Notes: generated by a model not told the origin, from the letters alone. 64,000 bases of DNA from Candidatus Nezhaarchaeales archaeon (GCA_038887515.1 JAWAKK010000002.1:256001-320000), one strand, 5' to 3'. Counted from the first letter of the stretch, positions 29,720 through 38,866 are shown. Program-made: numbers and translations.

Positions 29720-30811
29720 ACGAGCGTCATTGATCCGTGGGGACTAACTGCAATAGAAAGCTATGAGAAGTTGCTAGAAGAGTTCGGCATACAGAGAATG
29801 AGCGAGATTATTGACAAATTGCCTTGTAAACCTTCATTCATTCGTAGGGGTATAGTCTTCGGTCATAGAGACTTCGAGCGGATAGTAGAAGCAATAAATA
29901 AGCAACAACCGTTCGCGGTTATGAGCGGCATAAAACCTACGGGACCTCTACACATGGGCACTATTTTAACGCTTAGAGAAATGGTTTTCTTCCAAAAAAT
30001 GGGGGGTACTGTTTTCTACTGCATCGCTGACATAGAGGCATACGAAGATAATGGAATACCGTTTGAAGAAAGCGAAAAGATAGCTATAGACAACCTTGCG
30101 GACGCCTTAGCTTTAGGGCTAGATCCCTCGCGGGCATACATATATAGACAGTCGAGGGAAGAGGATGTTAAGCACCTGGCATTCATATTTGCTAGGGCAG
30201 TTACACTTTCAACCATAGAGGCTATATACGGAGTACGGCACATGGGCCTATACATGTCAGCTCTAGTTCAAGCAGGCGACATACTGCTTCCACAGCTAAA
30301 GCGTTTCGGGGGACCTAAGCCGACAGTTGTTCCCGTAGGAATAGATCAGGACCCGCACATTAGGTTATGTAGAGACCTCGCTCATAAATTTAGAGAAAAA
30401 TTTGGCTTTATACTACCGTCCGCCACGTACCACATGATAATAAGGGGGCTAGACGGTAGCTCCAAGATGAGTAAGAGAAATCCAATGAGCTACTTCACGT
30501 TAACAGAAGACTTAGAAAGCATAGCCTTCAAGTTGAGGAATGCCTATACTGGCGGAAGACCTACAGCGAAAGAACAGAAGATGCTGGGAGGAGAACCTGA
30601 GAAGTGTCCTATATTCGATCTCTACAAGTTCTTCTTCTTAGAAGAAGATGAGAAGCTCTTGGACATATATTCAAAATGTAAGAACGGCGAAATACTTTGC
30701 GGAGAGGATAAAGCAATAGCTATAGAGATAGTAACTTCTTTCATTAAAGAACATCAGCGGAAGAGGCGGACTTTTATTGATAAGTCAAGGGAGATTCTAG
30801 GCGTAAACTAA
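29720..30811 (+). CDS. trpS: Tryptophan-tRNA ligase (probable ACG start at 29720)
   Basis: SGIKPTG..HMG, VPVGIDQDPH, KMSKR. The conserved IDPWG...YEKL N-terminus lies upstream of the ORF-track start at 29771. Confidence 0.95.
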   Translation, partial: TSVIDPWGLTAIESYEKLLEEFGIQRMSEIIDKLPCKPSFIRRGIVFGHRDFERIVEAINKQQPFAVMSGIKPTGPLHMGTILTLREMVFFQKMGGTVFYCIADIEAYEDNGIPFEESEKIAIDNLADALALGLDPSRAYIYRQSREEDVKHLAFIFARAVTLSTIEAIYGVRHMGLYMSALVQAGDILLPQLKRFGGPKPTVVPVGIDQDPHIRLCRDLAHKFREKFGFILPSATYHMIIRGLDGSSKMSKRNPMSYFTLTEDLESIAFKLRNAYTGGRPTAKEQKMLGGEPEKCPIFDLYKFFFLEEDEKLLDIYSKCKNGEILCGEDKAIAIEIVTSFIKEHQRKRRTFIDKSREILGVN

Positions 30812-30815
30812 TATC

Positions 30816-31298
30816 TCATACGTAAGGTCTACCCTCCTCGTCAATTTCTCCTCTCCTTATTCTCGTAGACGAAATAGGCTTACCGTCGTAGGCCAATATC
30901 ATGGGCACAACTATGACCGTGAGGGGTTTAAGACCTCTACTAACCCTAATTCTGTTTATTGTAAAGGCTCTCTGGACTGTCTCTTCGCTGACCACTAACG
31001 CCTCTAGGTTTTCATCGTAAATTGCCGTGCCATAGACGTCGCTTATCATGATTATATCAAAGTCAGCAAGTTTATGCAAACCTTCCTCCTTAATCCAATC
31101 TTCGAGCTTCCTCCTCCTGTCAATATAATTACTGATAGTAGCATCGTGCTTGCTCTTGGCAACCATTTCATCGCTCGTAATGCCTATAACAACTCGTCGG
31201 CCAACTTTAAACGCTGTCTTCAGTAGCTCCTTATGTCCTCTATGTAGCCTATCGAACGTCCCGGCTACAGCCACCAAATTAAAGGGCTTGTGTGTCAT
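30816..31298 (-). CDS. coaD: Phosphopantetheine adenylyltransferase (archaeal type)
   Basis: GTFDRLHRGH, LVVSEET, ISSTRIR. Confidence 0.92.
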   Translation of the reverse strand: MTHKPFNLVAVAGTFDRLHRGHKELLKTAFKVGRRVVIGITSDEMVAKSKHDATISNYIDRRRKLEDWIKEEGLHKLADFDIIMISDVYGTAIYDENLEALVVSEETVQRAFTINRIRVSRGLKPLTVIVVPMILAYDGKPISSTRIRRGEIDEEGRPYV

Positions 31299-31376
31299 GT
31301 ATTTAAAGCACCCTTTGCTCCACTTTAAAAGAAATATAATCTCACCAGCCCAAAATGTTGTCGTGGGGTCTTTACG

Positions 31377-32270
31377 TTGATTAGCGAAGAAGAACTAAAC
31401 TGCTTGAGGAAAGCTGGTAGAGCTGCTTCTCAAGCATTAAGGAACGCCATTTATAAAATTCACGAGGGTATGCCATTAATTGAGATTTGTGAGTATGTAG
31501 AAAATTACATAAGGTCCATGGACTGTGAACCCGCGTTTCCCTGCAATATATCGATCAACAGCGTCGCAGCACACTATACATCGCACATAGAGGATACGTC
31601 AGTAATACCTCCCAAGAGCTTAGTGAAAATCGACGTTGGTGCCCATGTAAGCGGCTTTATAGCCGATGTTGCCGCAACGATAGCCTTGTCCGATGAGTAT
31701 GAGCCTCTTGTTCGCGCAGCTGAAAAGGCTCTTCAGATAGCAATAGATAATATAAGACCTGGAGTTAAGGTATCAATTCTGGGCTCTCTAATAGAATCTA
31801 CGATTAAAAGTTTTGGGTTTAAACCCATCAGAAACCTGTCGGGTCACATGCTTAAGCGATATATGTTGCATGGAGAGAAGACCATACCAAACGTACCTAT
31901 AGAAAGCAGAATTTCAATAGAAGCCAACGAAGTTTACGCAGTGGAACCCTTCGCAACAAATGGTATTGGCTTAGTAATGGATTCACCTGATATGTATATA
32001 TTTAGGTACGTATCTCCAAGGAAGGCTAAAAAGCCCGACAGGGACATCCTCTTAACCCTATGGAATCGGTTTAAGAGCTTGCCGTTCTGCGATAGGTGGG
32101 TTTACGACGTAATACCTCATAAAACACGCTCAAAGCTTTTTGAGCTAACAACCATGGGTTACCTCTACGGATACCACGTATTAATAGAGAGAAGTAAGGG
32201 GCTTGTAGCTCAAGCTGAACACACGATTATAGTACACGATGATGGCGTTGAAGTAACTACAAGCTTTTAG
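31377..32270 (+). CDS. map: Methionine aminopeptidase type II
   Basis: AFPCNIS, AAHY, KIDVGAH, NLSGH, AVEPFAT, AQAEHT. Confidence 0.97.
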   Translation: MISEEELNCLRKAGRAASQALRNAIYKIHEGMPLIEICEYVENYIRSMDCEPAFPCNISINSVAAHYTSHIEDTSVIPPKSLVKIDVGAHVSGFIADVAATIALSDEYEPLVRAAEKALQIAIDNIRPGVKVSILGSLIESTIKSFGFKPIRNLSGHMLKRYMLHGEKTIPNVPIESRISIEANEVYAVEPFATNGIGLVMDSPDMYIFRYVSPRKAKKPDRDILLTLWNRFKSLPFCDRWVYDVIPHKTRSKLFELTTMGYLYGYHVLIERSKGLVAQAEHTIIVHDDGVEVTTSF

Positions 32271-32276
32271 GACCTA

Positions 32277-32612
32277 TTACGGAGATGGCTTTTCTGGGAG
32301 CCCGTATATCATGGATATGTAAAGGGGGGCTCTACATTTTGAGCATTCGCCTACTTTTTTGAAAACGTAATCACCGACCTGGAACTCTCTTTCTTCCTTA
32401 TAGTCGCACTTCTCGCATTGTAGTACAGTCACTGTCCTCATACTCTTTGGTGCTATGAAGGTCCTCCTCTTTGTTGCCGAGAAGAACATGCTAATTATAA
32501 AGAGCATTATCACTAAGAGAAAGAGATAGTAAATTAAAACCTCATACAAACCCTCTTGTTGCATGAAAGGTATCAAGTTATTTACTATGTTCAATACCAT
32601 GTCGTTAACCAT
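32277..32612 (-). CDS. Small membrane protein with C-terminal Zn ribbon
   Basis: One TM helix, CEKC...FQVGDYV...CSKC; overlaps the upstream DUF1512 gene. Confidence 0.8.
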   Translation of the reverse strand: MVNDMVLNIVNNLIPFMQQEGLYEVLIYYLFLLVIMLFIISMFFSATKRRTFIAPKSMRTVTVLQCEKCDYKEEREFQVGDYVFKKVGECSKCRAPLYISMIYGLPEKPSP

Positions 32613-33768
32613 TTCCTACACCTATAGTGTTACCTATACCAGCTATTATAGCAACTCCTCCTTCTGCTACTTTCTCTCTAACGATCCGCTTAACGGCTTC
32701 AATTGCTTTGTCGACAGCTTCGGCTACCTCCTTCCTCATAGTAGACAAAGCCTCTTCGTAACTCTGTTTAATGATTATAGCGTCTAAGCCGACGCCGAGC
32801 TCGAGAGCCACCTGCTCTATCTTGTACTTCTCAGGGCCGGGATCTCCTATAGCTGCTCCAACTCCCTCAGCCACTTGACCTGTATTTTCTCCCTCCATCT
32901 TAACTGCAGCGTCAATGGTTATTATTCTCCTAAGCTTATCCCTGTACTGTTGAGCGAGCTTGGCTACTGCCTCACCCGGTTTTCCTACCCTTCCTCCGGG
33001 TCCCTCTGCCTTTACGACTACAAGGAGCCTACCTTCAAAGGGCACTTCGGCAACTACCATCTCATCTCCAATACTTTTGGAGGGATATCCCCTCATCAGT
33101 TTAGCGGCAACCATGGGGCCTATGCCGTCGCCTATTGGCTTGCCCTTCGTAAACGAGTCTAGCGAGTTGAAGTATGCCTCCGCCAGCCTTATTATCATAG
33201 GTAAATTGTAGACTATCTGCATTATCACTAACATGCTCTTAGTTTTCTTGCCAAGTAGCGTGTAGTGCCTAACGACCTTGTATATATAGTTCACGGCCAT
33301 GGTTGCCGCAAAGGAAGCTTCCAAATTAGCCTTTTCATCGTTGCCAGCGTTAGGCGCTACTTTCGCCACTACATCCTTGAACTTTTCCCTTTCTACGTCA
33401 AGTAGATGTTCAAGTCTCTTTAAAACGCCGAAGGGATCTCTATCTACTGGTTCTATCACGAAAAAGTCCATGAACTTGTCGACTTCTTCAGAAGGATCCT
33501 TAGCTGGTTTGCCAACATCTTTTATAACATTTATGAGTATTTCTCTACTTTTCTTGGCCATAGCTTCAAGTTTATACGTGGCTTTCTCGGCTTCACGAAG
33601 CCATAAGTAAAGTTGGTATCTTTGTCCTAGGAAAAGCCATACTATGACGAAGAAGGCTAAAGATATTATATATGCAACTAGGTAGGTGTAATCTCCTCCC
33701 GTTGGCAACAATTGACGTATTTCGTTGAATGTGGCCACGACTCCACACACTTCCTCAGCAAACTTCAA
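32605..33768 (-). CDS. DUF1512 family membrane protein
   Basis: N-terminal TM, PVDRDPFG, PIGDGIGP, KAEGPGG.VG.PG, TIDAAVKMEGE, GIGNTIGV. Confidence 0.85.
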   Translation of the reverse strand: MKFAEEVCGVVATFNEIRQLLPTGGDYTYLVAYIISLAFFVIVWLFLGQRYQLYLWLREAEKATYKLEAMAKKSREILINVIKDVGKPAKDPSEEVDKFMDFFVIEPVDRDPFGVLKRLEHLLDVEREKFKDVVAKVAPNAGNDEKANLEASFAATMAVNYIYKVVRHYTLLGKKTKSMLVIMQIVYNLPMIIRLAEAYFNSLDSFTKGKPIGDGIGPMVAAKLMRGYPSKSIGDEMVVAEVPFEGRLLVVVKAEGPGGRVGKPGEAVAKLAQQYRDKLRRIITIDAAVKMEGENTGQVAEGVGAAIGDPGPEKYKIEQVALELGVGLDAIIIKQSYEEALSTMRKEVAEAVDKAIEAVKRIVREKVAEGGVAIIAGIGNTIGVGNG

Positions 33769-33811
33769 AGTGATAAAAAAAGTTTTTCGAGAAATAAAAA
33801 CTGTTTTGTTC

Positions 33812-33829
33812 GAAAAAAGCCTTTATACC
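33812..33829 (+). promoter_or_regulatory. BRE-TATA promoter of 5S rRNA
   Basis: GAAAAAAGCC-TTTATACC about 25 nt upstream of the 5S stem. Confidence 0.7.
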
Positions 33830-33849
33830 AGTTCTTAGAGAAAAGCTGT

Positions 33850-33981
33850 GGGGTTGTCGCCGGCCATAGTGAGCGGGACCCACCCGGTCTCGTCAGAACC
33901 CGGAAGTTAAACCGCTCAACGCGTACCCGAGTACTGGGTTCCGCGAGGGCCCCGGGAAAGGGGCGTGCTGGCGGCAACCCC
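33850..33981 (+). rRNA. rrf: 5S rRNA (including extended terminal stem)
   Basis: GGCCATAG...CACCCGGTCTCGTCAGAACCCGGAAGTTAA, AGTACTG...GCGA...GGGAA; terminal helix GGGGTTGTCGCC/GGCGGCAACCCC. Not linked to 16S/23S here. Confidence 0.96.
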
Positions 33982-34031
33982 ATTTTCAATAAAGTTTTTA
34001 AGATTCACATAGCATTTTTCTTCTTTCGTAG

Positions 34032-34191
34032 GGGGCCGTGGTCTAGCAAGGTAGGACGACATCGGGTTATCGGCCCGGCGTTAAGGGCTCCAGAAGTCAT
34101 AGAGCTACGGGTCTGCAGACCAAGAAGGGATGATGATCTTCTGGAGCGAGAGACCCGTTGGTCGGGGGTTCAAGTCCCCCCGGCCCCACCA
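34032..34191 (+). tRNA. tRNA-Trp(CCA) with two introns (28/29: 34061-34084; about 37/38: 34094-34152); CCA encoded
   Basis: Acceptor GGGGCCG/CGGCCCC-ACCA. Removing both introns gives the anticodon arm ACGGG-CTCCAGA-CCCGT. Intron 1 forms a bulge-helix-bulge (GACG/CGTT). Confidence 0.9.
34094..34152 (+). ncRNA. Intron-encoded box C/D guide RNA (tRNA-Trp intron)
   Basis: Guide ACGGGTCTG + D' CAGA (N+5 = C39), C' ATGATGA, second guide CTTCTGGAGC complementary to the anticodon region. Terminal C and D boxes are degenerate. Confidence 0.7.
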
Positions 34192-34561
34192 AATGCCCTT
34201 GAGTAGCGTTTTCTTCTCCACGCGTAGAGATGTTGAGAAGCTTATGAAAGCAAGAGATCCAACGTTAAGGATGTAGTGCCGTAGGTTTAGAGCAATACTC
34301 ATATCCTTTCAGGTAATACCGAAATGCTTTACTAAAAGGTTATGTAGTGTTTTGCTACTTAATGCTTTTTCGAGTGCGCTTAAATGACGCACTTACTCTT
34401 GCATCGCATTTTAGAATAATGGCCTTAGATGGATCAGAGCTTTCTAGGTTGTTTAAAAAGATAATAGAGGCATTAACTATGAGGTAGCTCGCCCAACATT
34501 GACACAAACAACTTAAAGTCTTAATAGAAGCTGCGAGAGGGGCTAAAAGCTAATGTATTGA

Positions 34562-34633
34562 AGCCGGGGAGGGGATTTGAACCCCTGTAAAGCGGGTCTG
34601 CAGCCCGCCGCCTAACCGCTCGGCTACCCCGGC
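34562..34633 (-). tRNA. tRNA-Cys(GCA)
   Basis: GCCGGGG...GCGGG-CTGCAGA-CCCGC...GGTTCAAATCC...CCCCGGC-T; no intron, no encoded CCA. Confidence 0.96.
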
Positions 34634-34742
34634 CTACAAAACACAAACCTAATATCTCTCTTATAGCTTTCGAAACTTGATCTTCCATTTGTAATGGAAG
34701 AGAATATTTTAGATTGCTTATGCAATTTGTTACTCTACTCGA

Positions 34743-34815
34743 GGGGCCGTAGGCTAGCCTGGTAGACTGCGAGGCTCGGGCCCTCGTGACCCAGGTTCAA
34801 ATCCTGGCGGCCCCA
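34743..34815 (+). tRNA. tRNA-Pro(CGG)
   Basis: GGGGCCG...CGAGG-CTCGGGC-CCTCG...GGTTCAAATCC...CGGCCCC-A. Confidence 0.95.
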
Positions 34816-35044
34816 CTAGCTCTCTGCCCCCTTCATAGGGGTCTTTTGGCCTTTCTTGTCGAACCCGTTGTAGGCAATGAACTCTCTCAACTTTATGGAG
34901 GTTATGGTTTAGCTAAGTACTTTAAGATTTCACCAATTTTTGGCAGTTATCATGTTTTGTTGGTACCTATAAGTCCGTTGATAAGAACATCCTATAAGCT
35001 AAGTTCAGCGCAACTTTCTTAACTCTTTTGGTAAAAGTCTACTC

Positions 35045-35275
35045 GTGGTCGAGGCTTTCATACACATCAGGGTTGAGCCGGGCAAAGTGCCTGAGGTAGT
35101 AAGACAACTGAAGTCCCTACCAGAAATAAGGGAAGTCCACCCAGTTACGGGACCATATGATGTAATAGCCAAAATAGAAGTCGTAAATACAAAGGCCCTC
35201 ACCGACTTCCTCATAACTAAAATACATAAAATAGATGGAGTGAGAGACACCATGACTTCAATAGTCCTTGATTAA
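35045..35275 (+). CDS. Stand-alone Lrp/AsnC ligand-binding (RAM) domain protein
   Basis: VTGPYDVIAK, IDGVRDTMTSIV; no HTH. Confidence 0.9.
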   Translation: MVEAFIHIRVEPGKVPEVVRQLKSLPEIREVHPVTGPYDVIAKIEVVNTKALTDFLITKIHKIDGVRDTMTSIVLD

Positions 35276-35338
35276 TTCTTCATTTTTTATTTGCAGAGCT
35301 GAGTTAGGGATAAATTGGGCTGGCGCCCACTATAGGGC

Positions 35339-36790
35339 TTGGCGAAGAAGATGAGTAACGTTGATGCTGACGTGGTCATAGTTGGCTGTGGGCCTGCTGG
35401 GATATTTACGGCCCTAGAATTAATTCAGAGGAGCAACTTAAGGGTAGTAATGGTTGATAGAGGCCCTGACATAGAGGAGCGAAGGTGCTTTACACGGATG
35501 GGTCGTGAATGCGCTAATTGTAGTCCTTGTACAATGCTGTGTGGGTGGGGTGGAGCAGGAGCCTTTAGTGATGGCAAATTAACTTTATCTGTCGATGTAG
35601 GTGGGTGGCTCGAAAACTACGTAGGAAGAGATGAACTTACAAGACTGATAGATTACGTAGATAAAGTATACCTAGCATTTGGCGCGCCGGATGTAATATT
35701 TGGAACTGACGTCGACGCTATAGAGGAATTGCAAAGGCGTGCACAGCTAGCAGGCTTAAAGCTCGTACCCGTAAAGATTAGGCATTTAGGTACTGAGAAG
35801 TGCGTTGAAGTAATTAAGGCCATGAGGGACTACCTATCCCAACGAGTTAAGATCCTAATGGGGAGGACGGCTACTCAAGTTCTTGTCGATGGTTCATCAG
35901 CTATGGGGATAGAATTAGCTGACGGGACTAAGATTCGAGCTAAGTACGTCGTATTAGCTCCCGGAAGGGGTGGTGCCGAGTGGCTAAAAAGAATAACGAA
36001 AGAGCTGAATTTCAAGACTTATAACAATCCAGTTGATATAGGTGTTAGAGTCGAGGTTCCGGCACCAGTTACAGAGCCACTGACGAAGTACCTCTATGAA
36101 CCAAAACTTATATACTATTCAAAGTACTTCGATGACCAGGTTAGGACTTTTTGCTTCAATCCCTACGGCGAGGTAATAACAGAGTCTTACGAAGGTGTCC
36201 TAACAGTTAATGGGCATAGTTTTCTCAATAAGAAGACCAACAACACGAATTTCGCGATCCTAGTAAGCACGTCTTTTACAGAACCCTTTAAAGAACCTAT
36301 AGCTTATGGGAAGTACATAGCACGTTTAGCGAACCTGCTTAGCGGAGGTATAATTGTCCAGAGGCTTGGAGATCTTGAGGAGGGTAGGAGGTCGACTCCT
36401 GAAAGAATTAGGAGGAACATCGTTGAGCCAACATTAAAATCAGCTACGCCAGGAGACCTAAGCTTCGTCCTTCCTTACAGGTACTTGGCCAATATATTGG
36501 AAATGCTTCAAGCAATGGATAAATTAACCCCAGGAGTATACTCGAGGTACACATTGCTTTATGGCGTTGAAGTTAAGTTCTACTCGTCGAGACTTGAGCT
36601 GACGAGGGAGCTAGAGACTAAAGTAGAGAACCTCTACGCTATCGGTGATGGCGCCGGAATAACAAGGGGTCTAGTTCAAGCTTCTGCGTCCGGTATCATA
36701 GTGGCAAGGAGTATACTTAGGAAGGAGGGTTACTTAATTCCGGAAGTTACCGAAGAAACTCTACCAATAAAAGTACCATCCAAACCATAA
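35339..36790 (+). CDS. FAD-dependent oxidoreductase (COG2509-like)
   Basis: VGCGPAG, CxxCxxC then GWGGAGAFSDGKL, IGVRVE, IGDGAGITRG. Confidence 0.9.
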   Translation: MAKKMSNVDADVVIVGCGPAGIFTALELIQRSNLRVVMVDRGPDIEERRCFTRMGRECANCSPCTMLCGWGGAGAFSDGKLTLSVDVGGWLENYVGRDELTRLIDYVDKVYLAFGAPDVIFGTDVDAIEELQRRAQLAGLKLVPVKIRHLGTEKCVEVIKAMRDYLSQRVKILMGRTATQVLVDGSSAMGIELADGTKIRAKYVVLAPGRGGAEWLKRITKELNFKTYNNPVDIGVRVEVPAPVTEPLTKYLYEPKLIYYSKYFDDQVRTFCFNPYGEVITESYEGVLTVNGHSFLNKKTNNTNFAILVSTSFTEPFKEPIAYGKYIARLANLLSGGIIVQRLGDLEEGRRSTPERIRRNIVEPTLKSATPGDLSFVLPYRYLANILEMLQAMDKLTPGVYSRYTLLYGVEVKFYSSRLELTRELETKVENLYAIGDGAGITRGLVQASASGIIVARSILRKEGYLIPEVTEETLPIKVPSKP

Positions 36791-37497
36791 ACGTAGCCTC
36801 GAAGCGGGTTAATAAGCCCCCTAAATATGGGGCTTAACTTTTGGAAAGACTTTACACTTAATGGACTATGCCCTAGGTAGTCATTGTAGGCTGGGTGAAC
36901 TATCAGCTTCTTGATATTAACGTCAATCTTCAAGCTTCTCCTAATTTCCTCCCTAACCTTCTTGCTTATATGGTATACGACCCAAACCCTACATTCCTCA
37001 TTGTGCCTTAATATGGAAGGATGTAGATGCCCCATTACGAGCACGTTGCCCTTTAATAATTCTAGCTTCGGCCACGCGTTTCCGTGCACAAATGAGACGT
37101 CGCCTATCGAGATACCCGATGCTTCGTAGACTTCGATGCCATCAATTTTCAAGCGTTTCAACGAACCATCATGATTACCCATGACGATAACAACTCTACC
37201 TATGGTATCTAATAATTTTCTGAGGAAGCCTTCCACCTCTATCTTAACCTTCTTTCTAAGTCCTCTAATTTCATGCTTTACGTCGCCAAGTATAACTAGT
37301 ACATCAGGCTTAATTAGCGCTAGCAAGTTACATAAACCCTTTACGATTTTGCTAGTCTGCGATGGCACTCTGAAGCCAAGTCTCTGAAGCTCGTATTCTA
37401 AACCTATGTGAAGATCGGATATAGTCAGTATCCTCTCCTTATCTTTATTAGTTATTAGTGACGCTGGGGAGCCGAGTACGAATTTGACGTTGACCAT
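36730..37497 (-). CDS. Calcineurin-like metallophosphoesterase
   Basis: SDLHIG, LGDVKH, GNHD, HG, GHLHP. Confidence 0.92.
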   Translation of the reverse strand: MVNVKFVLGSPASLITNKDKERILTISDLHIGLEYELQRLGFRVPSQTSKIVKGLCNLLALIKPDVLVILGDVKHEIRGLRKKVKIEVEGFLRKLLDTIGRVVIVMGNHDGSLKRLKIDGIEVYEASGISIGDVSFVHGNAWPKLELLKGNVLVMGHLHPSILRHNEECRVWVVYHISKKVREEIRRSLKIDVNIKKLIVHPAYNDYLGHSPLSVKSFQKLSPIFRGLINPLRGYVYGLDGTFIGRVSSVTSGIK

Positions 37498-37565
37498 AAA
37501 ATCGCTCTACCCTACTGTTATGATAGCCAACATTTATTTAATAGCTTAAATCCTCAACAACTTGA

Positions 37566-37928
37566 ATGGCACAGCACGTAATACAAGTATTGCAAGAACT
37601 CGGGGTAACGGTTGAAGAAGTAACGTTAAAAAGGCTAAAGAAGGCGGTTGAAGTAGTGAATAAAGGGAGGGTTAAAAAGTACATCTTTAGACCAAGTGGG
37701 CGCGTAGTGTGGATAGTTGTCGGCAAGAAAAGGGACTATTGGATTATACCGAAGCTGTACTGCTCATGCGATGACTTCTACATAAATGTGATTTCGAGGA
37801 GGAAGAGCTCCATATGCTACCACTTACTAGCCCAAGCTTTGGCAGAGAAGATTGGCAATTATGAAGTGTTCAACGTTACGGACGAAGAAGGGGAAAGATT
37901 GGAGGAAGAATGGCGTAGGATTCAGTAA
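37566..37928 (+). CDS. SWIM zinc-finger protein
   Basis: CSCDDF...CYHLLA. Confidence 0.88.
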   Translation: MAQHVIQVLQELGVTVEEVTLKRLKKAVEVVNKGRVKKYIFRPSGRVVWIVVGKKRDYWIIPKLYCSCDDFYINVISRRKSSICYHLLAQALAEKIGNYEVFNVTDEEGERLEEEWRRIQ

Positions 37929-37942
37929 TTCAACTTTTAGCT

Positions 37943-38866
37943 TTAAGTCAGTATCATCTTCAACAGCGCCATTCTTACAAGCAAACCATAGAAAACTTGC
38001 TTAAAGTACTTTGCATGGGGAGTCCTGTCGATCTCTCTATCTAGTTCATCGACTCTCGGTAGTGGGTGTAAAATTATTAAATCGTCCTTTACGTGTTGGA
38101 GATGTTCCATAGTTAACTTGTAGGAGCCCTTGACCCTTTCATACTCCACAGGATCTGCAAACCTTTCTCGCTGTATTCTAGTTACATATATCACGTCTGC
38201 TTCTCTCAGTAGGCTTCGTGTTAATGAGCTTGTCTCTACGAAAGAAGCATTTAATGACTTAAGCTCTTCTCTAACTTCATCCCTCAACTTTAAGGGTTCT
38301 GGAGATACGAATATGAAGCTTACCTTAAAGTTTAGTAAACCATGAATTAGAGACCTCGCAGCTCGGCTATACTTTAAGTCTCCTAGAAGGAGCATTGTTA
38401 AACCATCTATGTTGCCTCTCTCCCTCCATATAGTGTATAGGTCCACGAGCGCTTGAGTCGGATGGGATAGAGCTCCTGAACCAGCGTTTATAACGGGTAC
38501 TTGGACTACATCAGCTATAGCCTTGGCAGCCCCTTCGTATGGGTGCCTTACGACCATTATATCCGCATAATTTTCGACGACTTTGACCGTATCTAGTAAG
38601 CTCTCTCCTTTAGCCATGGAAGTAAGGGAGGGCTCTTCAAAACCTATAACATCGCCACCTAACCTCTTCATAGCGGTTTCGAAGCTCATTTTAGTCCTAG
38701 TGCTAGGCTCAAAGAAAAGCAATGCCATAATTTTCCCCGCCAAGATGTTGCTCTTCGATTTAGCGTAGGGTTCAAGGGATGTTGCCTCCCTAAATATCGC
38801 TATTATCTCCTCCCTCGTAAAGTCCTTAATTGATATTACGTCTCGTCCATGTAGGGATATCGACAA
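37943..38866 (-). CDS. pyrB: Aspartate carbamoyltransferase catalytic subunit
   Basis: FFEPSTRT, HPTQAL, TRIQRER, HPLPR. Confidence 0.98.
   Translation of the reverse strand: MSISLHGRDVISIKDFTREEIIAIFREATSLEPYAKSKSNILAGKIMALLFFEPSTRTKMSFETAMKRLGGDVIGFEEPSLTSMAKGESLLDTVKVVENYADIMVVRHPYEGAAKAIADVVQVPVINAGSGALSHPTQALVDLYTIWRERGNIDGLTMLLLGDLKYSRAARSLIHGLLNFKVSFIFVSPEPLKLRDEVREELKSLNASFVETSSLTRSLLREADVIYVTRIQRERFADPVEYERVKGSYKLTMEHLQHVKDDLIILHPLPRVDELDREIDRTPHAKYFKQVFYGLLVRMALLKMILT

Noticed and set aside
34031-34031. Extra G before tRNA-Trp suggesting tRNA-His (G-1)
   Set aside because: The discriminator is A and the spliced anticodon is CCA.
33712-34302. ORFs 33712-34206, 33765-33989 and 34105-34302
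   Set aside because: They are shadows of the GC-rich 5S rRNA and tRNA-Trp genes.
34193-34320. Faint tyrosine-integrase-like phrase (DVEKLMKA...RAIL) after tRNA-Trp
   Set aside because: Interrupted by a stop, with no catalytic TGxR/HxxR motifs and no att duplication.
34786-35022. 78-aa ORF starting inside tRNA-Pro(CGG)
   Set aside because: It begins within the tRNA and has no recognisable motif.
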